From Octopus sinensis (taxonomy: Eukaryota), in assembly GCF_006345805.1 (NCBI RefSeq), contig NW_021832039.1, positions 1-33,121 of the forward strand: DNA of 33,121 nucleotides, given 5' to 3'. Below are positions 12,439 to 24,521 of the stretch, piece by piece. Within the stretch, counting starts at the first letter, position 1; each line of letters begins with the position of its first letter. Under the pieces are notes generated by a model. The model did no database searches. It worked only from the letters and a program-made list of their open reading frames with translations, and had not been told where the DNA came from. A program made the translations under genes and the position numbers.

Positions 12439-13360
12439 ATATTTTTAAAATAATCAGAAATATTTAAACAATATTTTAAAGATATAAATAATATAATAAT
12501 TTTACTCATAATAAACTCTATTATCAAACTAGAAACTTAAAACTTAATAATTATGATTATATCAAAATCGATTATAATGTTAAATATTGATTTTAATTTT
12601 TAGGGTAAGAAACCCACCGATAATCTAATGTCAGTAATAGTCTATATCTAATTACATAAATATTTTTTTTTAAATGACTATTATATATAAAAAAAAATCA
12701 ATGGATATATATAAATGTATATGAATATTATAATTAAGATCTAAAATAATCTCTATAAATAAATATATATGCACATATAATAAAGACCTAATAAATTAAT
12801 ATTTCATATTTAAAGATGAAATATCTAAATTCAAAAATACAAACAAACAAACTTAAACGAACTTTCGGAATCTTATTTAAATATAAAAATACTTATAGAA
12901 ATCAATTCGTAGTTATGTAGTATCGATAAAATACTATAAATACTATAAATATATTTATCAATGGCAAATATCAATTTAAAAAGACAATAACTAAGTTATG
13001 CTATTAAGTTAGACATGGCCTGGACCAATATTTGGTCGAAACATATCTAAGTTTATCTAAGTTTATCTGATTTTAATTATAAGAAATTTAAAACTACAAT
13101 TAATACTATTAGACAACTTGTAATCTTGCTATCAAACAACATATCTATCGCTAAGTAATATCTTACGAATAAACTTAAATTTAATATCTAATAATTATAT
13201 AGAAAATTACGATAATTAGATCATTACATAAACAACAATATTTACATAAGAAAAATATTATTACACCAAAGACTTATAAATATTAAAATTTACAATTTAA
13301 AGATGTTAAATATAAATAGATACTTATCTTAGCGAGTTTTGTAATGAACTCATAAATTAT

Positions 13361-13403
<43 letters not shown>

Positions 13404-13904
13404 GTATTAAGAGTTTGATTCAGATTTGGCTAAAATTTTCACACAAACGCAAGAATCACGTCTGATCGTCGGATGTGTCAATACTGAGTGATGAGCCAGT
13501 CACAGGTCACCCACAGGTTATGAAGAATGATGGTTGTCATTAATTGTTAAATAAGACTCATTCTCATTACTGTTTCCAGTCACATGGTGGAATCGATGAC
13601 TTATCACCACTAATGGATTGCTACAGCCTGATTTACTTTCTTAAGAAAGTCCAGTAAAATTTAAATTATTGTCAAAATTAATGAGTCGCTGTTAGCAGCC
13701 AAATATCATAAAATTAGCTGGAAGAAAGAATATCTGTTCTCTCGGCGTTGATATACATGTTTCTCGGTGTGTCACATCAGAGTTATACTAATTAACAGAA
13801 AGGGAAAAGCGCATATTGCACGTTCGTCCGTCTGAACGACGAGGACCGTCAAATTTCCGTGGGTGAAGGATGACTGATGACTTGCGCCTTGACTTTGTTT
13901 AAAG

Positions 13905-14184
13905 CAATAATTCTCAGCCGGGATCCTTATGGCCCTTAAGGGTCCATATAAGATTTTATTGTTACAATTTATGTGAAATAAATTGATTATAGTTCTATAA
14001 TACACAGAACATTTTAATATTGTTTATATTAATAATATTTAATTATAAAAATACATTTGGATTTCTTTTCTGTTTTTTGTGTTCGTTTTTTTTTTTTGCG
14101 TACATTGAATGGCTATGGAGGTCCAGTAAAGAATAAATAGAAATCAACGGGTTCCATAGTTTAAAAAATTGTTGGAAACCACAG
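13905..14184. mobile_element. hAT (Charlie-like) MITE, 280 bp
   Basis: Perfect 8-bp TSD GTTTAAAG at 13897-13904 and 14185-14192. Degenerate TIRs CAATAATTCTCAGCC and rc CTGTGGTTTCCAACA resemble the CAGTGGTTCYCAACC Charlie-type terminus; subterminal GG(G/T)TCCATA motifs at both ends. Confidence 0.75.
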
Positions 14185-14199
14185 GTTTAAAGTAAGAAT

Positions 14200-14690
14200 G
14201 AATTGCTCATCGTCAACCGTATTCTCTCTTCCGTGACCATCGTCAATCCCGGCCAAAAACGACCGAGGGGCGAGGCCGATGCGATGGATGACCAAGTCAT
14301 CTTGCTTGCCTCACCTTGCTTTCAGCACTCCACAAAGCGTTGTTTCAGAGCTTTCCTATTCGTTGAACCATGAAGGTTTCTTCTGCCGACTTCACCGGAT
14401 TCAGTCTTCATAAACATAAGTAGGAAAGCCCTAACTTACTAAGAGTCACTTACTCGTTAGCTACTTCCCACCAGTCGAAGCAGCTTGCTGGGCTTTGTTC
14501 GCCATTACATGCAAGCACGTACATGAATCCACAAATGAGAGTTGGCTTCCTGGTAGAGATCAGAGCGTACGATCCACCCCTATGATACCCTTCCTCGAGA
14601 TGATACCCTTCCTCGACATCCCATCCATTCCATAAACCGAATACCACAGGCGATACGAACGCATATCGTCTGTCTGCATTTAGCCATTAT
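14200..14690 (-). mobile_element. Possible RTE-type LINE 5' UTR fragment
   Basis: GC-richer block immediately after the MITE TSD; motifs (TACGCTCTGATCTCTACCAGGAAGCC, GAAGACTGAATCCGG) recall RTE 5' UTRs from memory only; 18-bp tandem duplication ATGATACCCTTCCTCGA at 14582-14617. Confidence 0.35.
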
Positions 14691-15132
14691 ATCACTATAT
14701 ACTCTTCAGATCGCATGATCATAAAAGTGCGATTATGATTCTACGCCAGTGGTTTAGTGATGGTTTTTCGAAGCGCTATCCTAGTTGTTTAATTGATTTG
14801 GTCTGTCTGGAAAACAGTAAGTGAAGTATTTCATAGCTTACTCCTTTTATATTATGTAAGCTCTGAGTGGAGACGTACCGAATCACTGAGATACTTAGAA
14901 CAAAATAATATACTTTATATTTTATGATCAATAAATTCAACAAGAATATATTTGCCAATTCCTTTGTTGTACTTGTTAAGGCAAGTGATTTAATCAGAAA
15001 TCGTGTGTGGAATATAAAGCAGTTACAATGTATTGGTCATTTTATACGTACATAAGTATATATATACATATACATATATATATATCTTATATATATGTGT
15101 ATATATATACATATGTATATATATATATATAT

Positions 15133-15188
<56 letters not shown>

Positions 15189-15198
15189 ATAATATATT

Positions 15199-15230
<32 letters not shown>

Positions 15231-15467
15231 ATATATATACATACATACATACATACAGACATATATATATATATATACATATATATTTGTGTGAATTTAT
15301 GCATGTATGTATTATACACACACACACACGCACACATACATATATGTATGTATATATGTACGCACACACACACATATATATATAAAAGCTATCATTTTTT
15401 CTTTTATTTTTCTTGTTTTATTTTTCTCTAGAATGTATCATCATCATTATCATCGTTATTAACTCAA

Positions 15468-15680
15468 TAAGCTAGCAGAATCGACAACACGCCGGACAAA
15501 ATGCTTAGCGGCATTTTGCCTGTCTTTGTGTTCTGAGTTCAAATTCTAGCGATGTCGACTTTGCCTTTCATCATTGGTGGTCATTAAAATAAGTACCAGT
15601 TGGACACTACGGTCGCTGAAATCGACAAGTCCCATCTCCCAAAATCTCTAGCCTGGTGCCTATAGAAGAAAGCATTATTA
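15468..15680 (+). mobile_element. SINE family B, diverged monomeric copy
   Basis: Aligns with 21627-21800 (AATGCTTAGC...GAGTTCAAATTC...GACTTTGCCTTTCATC...TAAGTACCAGTT). Confidence 0.8.
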
Positions 15681-15714
15681 CTGCTGTTGCTGTTGCTGTT
15701 TTGGTTATCATTTG

Positions 15715-15910
15715 GGTGGTAGACTAGCAGATTCGTTAAAACATCAGAAAATGCTTAGCGGTATTTAGTGATGGATCCTTAAGTTTTGTGTTCAATTCCC
15801 ACCGAAGTCAACTTGGCTTTTCATTCCTCTATGGTGATAAATAAGTATGTGATTGATGTAATTGATTACACGTCTTACTTGAAAATTGCAGGTCGTATGT
15901 CTAAATCTAA
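15715..15910 (+). mobile_element. SINE family B, older diverged copy
   Basis: AAATGCTTAGCGGTATTT...GTTCAATTCCCACCGAAGTCAACTTGGCTTTTCAT matches the family B head. Confidence 0.65.
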
Positions 15911-16035
15911 ATCGTGGTTGATAAATTAAAGTACCAAGGACTGTTATCATTATTATGATTACAAAATTCTTTCCCCGTCTTATCGGTATATAAAGATACC
16001 GTCATGCAAGCCAATTTATTTGACTGAGACAAAAA

Positions 16036-16098
<63 letters not shown>

Positions 16099-16108
16099 TA
16101 ATAATAAT

Positions 16109-16667
16109 AATGCCCTGATGCAGTACCAGGCAGTGGCTCTCATGGCTTCTGATCTTAATTGATTGGAAGTGTTATCATGTATATTGTTTTGTCTTGGTAT
16201 AAAAGATGGGCTACAGCAAATATTCTGCTCAATACCACAGATTTGCTTGTCAGTTGTTTGACCTTAACCAGTTGAGCATGTCCCTTAGTGGCTGATGATA
16301 TGTGCATCTCTTAATCACGAGCAGAAGTAGTGGGGGAGCATCATAGCCATGTGTTGAGAGGGATTCTTTGGGGTTTGAATAATTCACCTCTGGAAACATG
16401 GGTGGTTATTTCAACATCCTTAAACAACCCTTTTTGAGGGACCTTTTGAGCGGGATGGGCTACTCAACCTGAAGAAAATTCTAACTGGGCCCCACCTGCA
16501 AGGTCATGTGCTGTTTATCTTGATATGAGATCACCATGTCGCGCACATATGGTTGTGATGCATGTGCCTGGTGTACCCTTATCAGACGGGTAGTCATGAT
16601 GGGTATATTGGGCTTCGTATATTTTACCCCAGTGTCATTTTGATGGCATGAACTACTCTCTCACTCA
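16109..16667. mobile_element. Interspersed repeat family C, full unit of about 560 bp flanked on both sides by (AAT)n
   Basis: Homologous to 16703-17004 (same orientation) and 17158-17488 (opposite orientation). No ORF; orientation of transcription unknown. Confidence 0.8.
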
Positions 16668-16702
16668 ATAATAATAATAATAATAATAATGATGATGATA
16701 AT

Positions 16703-17037
16703 AAATGCCTAGTACCAGGCAGTGGTACACATGGCTTCTGATCTTAACTGATTGGAAGTGTTATCATGTACATTGTTTTGTCTTGATATAAAAGATGGGC
16801 TACAGCAAATATTCTGCTCAATATCACAGATTTGCTTGTCAATTGTTTGACCTTAACCAGTTGAGCATGTCCCTTAGTGGCTGACGATATGTGCATCTCT
16901 GATCACGAGCAGAAGTAGTGGGGGAGCATCATAACCATGTGTCGAGAGGGATTCTTTAGCGTTTGAATAATTCACCTCTGGAAACCTGGGTGTTTCGTTC
17001 AACAACCACTGTCTGGTACAGCATTAGGGCATTTATT
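16703..17037. mobile_element. Family C truncated copy (16703-17004) fused to an inverted stub of about 30 nt from the same terminus (17005-17037)
   Basis: Left end TAAATGCC-TAGTACCAGGCAGTGG; right end CCACTGTCTGGTACAGCATTAGGGCATTTA, the reverse complement of the family terminus seen at 16109-16140. Confidence 0.8.
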
Positions 17038-17045
17038 ATTATTAT

Positions 17046-17488
<443 letters not shown>

Positions 17489-17609
17489 TCTTCTTTCAGG
17501 GTCAAAAACATAAGTACTAGTCGAGCACTGGGGTCGATGTAATCGACTTACCTCCTCCCTTAAAATTGGTGGCCCTGTGCCAAGATTTGCAGCATTATTA
17601 TTGTTATTG

Positions 17610-18178
17610 CTTTTTCACAGCTTCTAACGCTGGAGATGTACTATGGTGTCAGCTGTACACTGCCAGTGAACTAAGGTAACACCTCTTATTTTTCGAGCAC
17701 CTTCCGTAGTATTCGAGCGGTTCCAAGCAGTGCTGCTTTCTGCAAGTGCTCCACCCTTATTGCAGCCTCTATTTGTTCCTTGTATTTCTCAAGATTTTTA
17801 CTCACTATTCCTAGGGCTCAACCGCTTAACTTCCCAAGCTAACCTGTCATATCTATCGACTTTTCTTTCTTCCTTATCGCATACCTTGTTGTCAGCTGGC
17901 CATGCTATATCTATGATCCAGCATAGTTTGCTCTCTTTCTCAATTAAGACGATGTCTGGCTTCCTATTCTCTATCTCATGGTCTCACTGAATCATAAAAT
18001 CTAACAGGATCTTTTCATTATCATTTTCGATAATGCCTTCGGGTTTATGGTCATACCAATATTTTGCTGTGTCAAGTCCATACTTGTTGCAAAGCGCCCA
18101 ATGGACAAGCGTTGCTATATTGTCGTGGCGTCTCTTATATTACTTCTGGGCTAGTGGCGTACATTGACTGATGATGAT
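17610..18178 (-). pseudogene. R4/Dong-like non-LTR retrotransposon 3' end: CCHC and restriction-like endonuclease (RLE) domain, disrupted
   Basis: ISQCTPLAQK*YKRRHDNIATLVHWALCNKYGL...WYDHKPEGIIEN...RKPDIVLIEK...IIDIAWPAD...KEERKVDRY...ALGIV...LQKAALLGTARILRKVLEK* (stop 17686-17688); in-frame stops and a deletion; 3' end runs into an AAT-like tract. Confidence 0.92.
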
Positions 18179-18180
18179 GA

Positions 18181-18558
18181 TACTCTTTACTCTTTTACTT
18201 GTTTCAGTCATTTGACTGCGGCCATGCTGGAGCACCGCCTTTAGTCGAGCAAATCGACCCCGGGACTTATTCTTTGTAAGCCCAGTACTTATTCTATCGG
18301 TCTCTTTTGCCGAACCGCTAAGTGACGGGGACGTAAACACAACAGCATCGGTTGTCAAGAAATGCTAGGGGGACAAACACACACACATACATATATATAT
18401 ATATACGACAGGCTTCTTTCAGTTTCCGTCTACCAAATCCACTCACAAGGCCCGGGCTATAGCAGAAGACACTTGCCCAAGATGCTACGCAGTGGGACTG
18501 AACCCGGAACCATGTGGTTGGTTAGCAAGCTACTTACCACACAGCCACTCCTGCGCCT
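18181..18558 (-). mobile_element. SINE family A (copy 4), full length; abuts and truncates the R4-like fragment
   Basis: Complete head AGGCGCAGGAGTGGCTGTGTGG (A-box-like) and GGTTCAGTCCC (B-box-like), short internal microsatellite, GAGTAAAA tail. Confidence 0.95.
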
Positions 18559-18563
18559 TAATT

Positions 18564-18738
<175 letters not shown>

Positions 18739-18789
18739 CAGATGCTAGTGTGTAAATACAAAACGTCGTTACCTTAAATTATAAAGGTT

Positions 18790-19010
18790 ACAAAGCTGAA
18801 GTATTTTGCTCACATAGTAAGAGCATAAGGTACGCAGAGGCTATCACTAGGAGAGATAAATGGCAAACGCTCAAGAAGGAAACCTAGAACAAACTGGCTG
18901 ATAACATCGAAGACTAGACCAAGTTCTCATATGGTGTACGTGTAAGAATGGCAGGGAAGAGATCCGAATGGAAACCTGCTGAGAGAAGTTAACAACTTTC
19001 CGCATCTCAT
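18790..19010 (+). pseudogene. RTE-clade LINE ORF C-terminal fragment
   Basis: KLKYFAHIVRA*GTQRLSLGEINGKRSRRKPRTNW-DNIED...VRMAGKRSEWK matches the RTE ending LKYFGHI.R...G.I.GKR.RGRPRT.W.D.I. Confidence 0.8.
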
Positions 19011-19208
19011 GACAGTCCTGAGTATGCATATGACGGTGGCATCAATGTATGCTACTTCCATGTGTGCAATCTTCGGGATTGATACAATGTTTTCTCAAAG
19101 GCAATGAACTGTAGAACCTTTACAGCGTTGCATAGAATGTTTTGCGAAATTCGTCCCGGCTCTTTGAAATATAAGGCACCGAGGTCATTGTGAGACTGGT
19201 TGCTCCTC

Positions 19209-19265
<57 letters not shown>

Positions 19266-19584
19266 TACTCACTCACTTACCCCTTGAATTGCACCACCTG
19301 TGATTCACCAATCCAACCTTATCACATGTCTCGCTGATTCATCCTGAGGATTACTTTAAAAGTATACGTGTCGACGGAATACTCAGCCGTTTCAGTATTG
19401 TACGTTATTTTCAGAAATAGAAATTCAGTTGATCGGACCACTGGAAAACAGTCACCATCGAAACCGACGTAGAACCCAAAGAATTTCTCCTGAGAGTAAA
19501 CCGAACTTTTACAAAACCTCTTTGCCATTGAACTTTAATATTTTTTTTGCCCAATATACTTTGTATTGCCATTTACCATGTTTG

Positions 19585-19715
19585 GGCAGATGACAGAATC
19601 GGTGGAGCGCCAGACAAATTTAAAGTGCGGTATTTGATTACGTCCCTTGACGTTCTTCAATTCAGATCCACATCGACTTTCATCTTTCCAAGTTCGATTA
19701 AATTGATATCAGTCG
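19585..19715 (+). mobile_element. SINE family B, highly degenerate copy
   Basis: CAGAATCGGTGGAGCGCCAGACAAAT...GCGGTATTTG...ACGTTCTTCAATTCA...TCGACTTTCATCTTTCC aligns with the family B head at 21627. Confidence 0.6.
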
Positions 19716-19870
19716 ATAGAATAATCACTGGAGGATTAATATAATGGATTTTAAAACACATTGTCATAGCATGGGTGCCGTCCAATAACTGAAACCTGTA
19801 ATAGAAAAATAAATAGAGAAAAGCTTTTATCTGTATGTATACATGTATGTATATGTATGTATATATATGC

Positions 19871-19901
<31 letters not shown>

Positions 19902-20135
19902 TGTATGTATGTATGTATGCATGAATGTATGTATGTATTTATGTATGCATGTATGTATGTATATGTATGTATATGTGTTTGTATATATATACATATAAAT
20001 ATATGCAAAAATATATTATATATATATATATTATATATATATATATATATATGCATATTTTTATTGTATTGTATATATATATATATATACATATACATGT
20101 TTGTGTCTGTGTTTGTGTACATATATGTGTGTGCA

Positions 20136-20302
<167 letters not shown>

Positions 20303-21360
20303 TTATGGACCTGTCTGGTGTAATACTTTATATGTTTAGACAGTCAGGGTTTATGTTTGTTTCTGTCTGTGTCTGTCTGTGTCTGTCTGTGTGTATGTGT
20401 GTTTATATGCGCGCGCGTGTTTAAGATGTTCTGTCAGAATACATGTACGGAGGCTGGTAGTAAGTTTTTCACCAACCACACATAAATATTGGTAGCTGTC
20501 ATGTTAGCATATGAATTTAGAAAGTTTTTCAATGATAATCATATTGTTGGTGAAGCAGCTTAAATTTATTTTGTTTTGCTCGTATATATATATACATTAT
20601 ATGTAGTATATATAATGTATACATAATGTATAGTTTTGTCAAATGTATTCTTTTCTTTTGTAACGCTAGCTTTCATAGATCTTTCCTCAATATTGTACAG
20701 GGAGTCTATTTGACTTTCATATTATTTTCGTTATTTTCATTTATATTTATTATTATTTTCATTTTTTATTTCCATTTTATTTTATTCATTCATTTATTTA
20801 TTTATTTCGCAGTTTAAGTATGTTCTTTAATGTTTCAGTTTTCGTTATTGAACTTCATGGTTTTTCTCTTTGAATTGTGTTTTGATTCCATAAACAATTC
20901 TATCGAGACCCTCCATTTCATTTTATAATCATTATTACTATTATTCTTATTATATTTTATTCATCAAAAAATTTCTGCTTGATTCTATTAATTTCAATAA
21001 TAACATATTCATATAGACATCTTCAGCTTTCAGCTCTTAAATCATCGCTTTTTTTCCCCATGCAATTTTCCTTTATAATAAATCTTTGAAATTCAGTTTA
21101 AGATTCTACAAACGCGAGAGACGTTACATAAGCTCAATTGTACTATTTTAAACTATTACTATATATTATCAAATACATTTTTACATTCTAGAATTTGGAA
21201 ACATCTACAGCCTTTTCATTTATTTATCTTCTTTCTTTCTTGAGCAGTGTTGTCATGTTGAAGTACTTAAGCATTTGTCTTCATCGGTACATTTAATGTT
21301 TGCTGTTAGTATATCAGTTCCATGGTGATAATACTGTGTTTCATTTTAAAATGCTTTTAC

Positions 21361-21448
21361 AGCGATGTCTGGTATTTTAGCATCTCAGAAAAGTTGTCAA
21401 TATAATGTTTGAATTGGTATTCTTTCTCGTCGTCTTCAGGTGATTTTC
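21361..21448 (-). CDS. Candidate internal coding exon (88 nt, phase 1 to 2) encoding KSPEDDEKEYQFKHYIDNFSEMLKYQTS; protein not identified
   Basis: Minus strand: ttccctgtttgattttgtatag|GA AAA TCA...TCG CT|gtaaaa. Open frame with protein-like composition; an in-frame TAA follows immediately in the intron; donor is weak. Confidence 0.6.
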
Positions 21449-21626
21449 CTATACAAAATCAAACAGGGAACCGGCGTTTTTATTTCATTATTCGTCTCTA
21501 TTCTAAGAAGAAACGTTAATTAAAATAAACTCCAAAATAGAATTAAATAAATAAATAAGGCAGTTATTCCTTCCAAATGTAAGTTGCAACAACAAATACT
21601 TAAGACGAATGATTTGAGACTTTAAA

Positions 21627-22022
21627 GGCGGCGAGTCAGCAGAAAGGTTAGCACGCCGGGCGAAATGCTTAGCAGTATTTCGTCTGCCGTTACGTTCTGA
21701 GTTCAAATTCCGCCGAGGTCAACTTTGCCTTTCATCCTTTCGGGGTCGATTAAATAAGTACCAGTTACACACTGAGGTAGATATAATCGACTTAATCCGT
21801 TTGTCTGTCCTTGTTTGTCGCCTCTATGTTTAGCCCCTTGTGGGTAGTAAAGAAATAGGTATTTCGTCTGCCGCTACGTTCAAAGTTCAAATTCCGCCGA
21901 ATTTGACTTTGCCTTTCATCCCTTCGGGGTCGATAAATTAAGTACCAATTGTGTACTGCGGTCGATCTAATCGACTGGTCCCCTCCCACAAAATTTCGGA
22001 CCTTGTGCCTAGAAAAGAAAAG
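21627..22022 (+). mobile_element. SINE family B, full length with internal direct duplication and 16-bp TSD
   Basis: TSD GATTTGAGACTTTAAA (21611-21626) and GATTTGAAACTTTAAA (22023-22038), one mismatch. B-box-like GAGTTCAAATTCC. Segment GTATTTCGTCTGCCG...AATCGACT repeated at about 21677-21793 and 21859-21976. Confidence 0.93.
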
Positions 22023-22263
22023 GATTTGAAACTTTAAACTGGCTGACTGTTTATGCCTTAATCTGATATATTTGGATTGTCAATTGTCATATCGCAGCCT
22101 ACTACTAACTTGGTGCCATCACCCTGCCAAGATCCTGTCCGAACATGTGGGCCTAAAAATAGAATGGCTGGTATTGCTTTCATAGCATAAATACCACGTG
22201 ATCTGAGCTGACCAATAGAGGCATAAATACCGGGAAGTCATCTCGAATTTTTCTTAAAACATT

Positions 22264-22331
<68 letters not shown>

Positions 22332-22359
22332 CATATACACACACGGTCCCTACACATTT

Positions 22360-22520
22360 TTCTCTCTCTGTATTTTTGTTCTCCTTCCATTTTATCCCGC
22401 TCATCTTTTTCTGTCGAATAGCTTAGGATCGAAACAGCTAAGACTTTTCCATTCTTTCCGAGTGTCTTGTAGTTCCCTCACCTGTCTTCGTCTTTTGTTC
22501 TCTGTAAATCTGAATTATAC
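22360..22520 (+). mobile_element. Degenerate Penelope-like terminal repeat (third copy) with hammerhead-like motif 22411-22444
   Basis: CTGTCGAATAGCTTAGGATCGAAAC...AAGAC and CACCTGTCTTCGTCTTTTGTT are reverse-complement homologues of 4880-5010. Confidence 0.55.
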
Positions 22521-22541
22521 ATATATATACATATACATATG

Positions 22542-22616
<75 letters not shown>

Positions 22617-22624
22617 TCTATCTA

Positions 22625-22692
<68 letters not shown>

Positions 22693-23410
22693 GATATATA
22701 TTAGATATATATATATATATATTGCAATATGGAAGACAGTGAGTTTTTTTGAGCAGAAATACCTTGAAGATTATCATGCGTCTTCTACGATGCCAGTAGA
22801 GAGGTCGTTGCAATGATTTTTAGGGTTTGCTAAAATTAGCCCATTACAAAGGTTGTTATATCATTACTTCATTACTTAGAAATAGTATTTGACTTCACTA
22901 GCATTCATTGAAATAAATGCACTCACAATTAGCGCGTATATACATTTGTTTGCCATCTACTAATGAAAAATACTTTTCAACGTTGTCATACGAATAAAAT
23001 TCAAAGAAAAAGAATGTAAATAACACAGCCCATTAGATACGCAGAAAAGTTTGCTATGTTAAAGATTTTTTATTGAAATTTATGAAGTAACGACCGATAA
23101 ACGATTGTCTTGGTTAATAACCGTCCGCACAATCCAGCAATCCCCGGCGTTATGTTGCCCTACACATGAGATGGTTGATGGCAGTAGCCGTCAGGAGCCC
23201 GTAATTGGTAGGTGGCAAATAACTTTGGTACTATAAACATAGTGTGTTGCATAAATAAATGTGTGACAGTTAAAGTGAAGGGTTTCGTGTTCCGTACTAC
23301 AATAATATCCGACGGAAAACTACCAAGTGAGTAGCTATTGTTTGTTGATTTCGGTCAACGATGGACATGACCACTTCTCTTGTTTGCCTACTAATTTCCT
23401 TTCACAACAG

Positions 23411-23462
23411 GCATTTAACGTGATACCACCAGAAACAACCCAATCGTGCTCATGGGGCTTTG
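23411..23462 (+). other. Candidate plus-strand exon (52 nt) preceded by an 84-nt intron (23327-23410); coding status unknown
   Basis: CAA|gtgagt donor; tactaat branch-like site; tttcctttcacaacag| acceptor; TTG|gtaagc donor. One open frame, AFNVIPPETTQSCSWGF. Confidence 0.4.
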
Positions 23463-23529
23463 GTAAGCACAAATTTTTTCGAGGAATTCCATTTTCATAA
23501 TCAGGGTGCGTCGTTCACTATTCAGCATG

Positions 23530-24075
23530 TACAGGGCAGAAGCTTGCTGTCAACTTCAAGACCCATCCTTTTATTGTCCTCTGTCCTCCAGCCCCACGCC
23601 TAACTACCAACAGACTGTGTCCTCCACCATTCATGATCTCATTTCTTCTTCCCATCTTCCTCCCACCTCATCCAACCTCCTTGTTCGTACCCCATGCACC
23701 ACCACTATTTACTTCCTTCCCAAAATCCACTTGCCTAACAATTCTGGCCGCACCATCGTCTCAGCCTAAAATTGCCCCACCAAAACGATCTCCAAGTACC
23801 ACGACCGTGTCCTTGTCCCCCCCCCCCCGTAAACTCGCTCCCCTCACACATTCACGGTACTAATTATGCTCTCAGTTTAAATTTTTCTCCTCTTCTGGGC
23901 CTTCTCAACTTCTGTTCACTCTCGACATTAAATCTTTGCATACGGTGACCCCGCACAACGAAGGCCTTCTTGCGCTAAAACACTTCATTGACCTTCGGCC
24001 AGATCCTCAGCCTGATACCTCCACACTTCTACATTTGGCCAAACTTGCCCTCTCTCTCTCTCCCCTGCTTCTCGT
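23530..24075 (+). pseudogene. Penelope-like (Poseidon-type) reverse transcriptase fragment, disrupted
   Basis: YRAEACCQLQDPSFY...IYFLPKIHLPNNSGRTIVSA*NCPTKTISKY...LFTLDIKSLHTVTPHNEGLLALKHF matches the PLE RT motifs LPKIHK...GRPIVS and DV.SLYT.IP; stops and frameshifts present. Confidence 0.92.
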
Positions 24076-24300
24076 TCGCGAGTGGTGTGTGGATCAGTCT
24101 AGAAGTTCTTCATAGAAAATTTGAAATTTAAAAATTTGTTTTCCATATTCTTAAACTCCGTATTTTCCCACGTAGATGAAAAAAATTTGCAAAAATTTAA
24201 GAATCTAAAATTTGGGCTGAGGAGGTATTTAAAATTTTGAAATCATGGCTTTTTGCATATTCGGAATATCCGTCATCGAAAACATATGAATCCGCTGAAA

Positions 24301-24521
24301 AAGAAAATCGGAAGGGTCGTATAGGTGAGGGCTGCAACCCCCTATATGGGCAAGAGCCAAAATTTGTTTAAAAGTGAGATAATATACCGATCCAAAAAAT
24401 CAGGAGTCAAAAAGTGAAAGAATATTCTAGAGTCATTAAAAGTGAAAGAATACCACTGGAAAAAAATCAGAAGGGTCATATAGGGAGACTACAGCCCCCT
24501 ATATGGACAAGTGCCAAAATT
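24301..24521 (+). repeat. Two direct repeats of about 62 bp (offset 160), each containing a TATAGG...CCTATA hairpin
   Basis: AAAATCGGAAGGGTCGTATAGG...CCTATATGGGCAAGAGCCAAAATT versus AAAATCAGAAGGGTCATATAGGG...CCCTATATGGACAAGTGCCAAAATT. Confidence 0.85.

Noticed and set aside
12440-13400. Possible mitochondrial insertion (NUMT), given the very high AT content
   Set aside because: No recognisable mitochondrial protein, rRNA or tRNA motif in any frame.
19355-19710. Apparent two-exon minus-strand coding segment (YQFNRTWKDESRCG... and EKFFGFYVGFDGDC...) with an 87-nt pseudo-intron
   Set aside because: The first part is a degenerate SINE B read antisense and has an upstream in-frame TGA. The second part resembles another old interspersed repeat as I recall it, and its phase (0-0) does not fit the exon chain.
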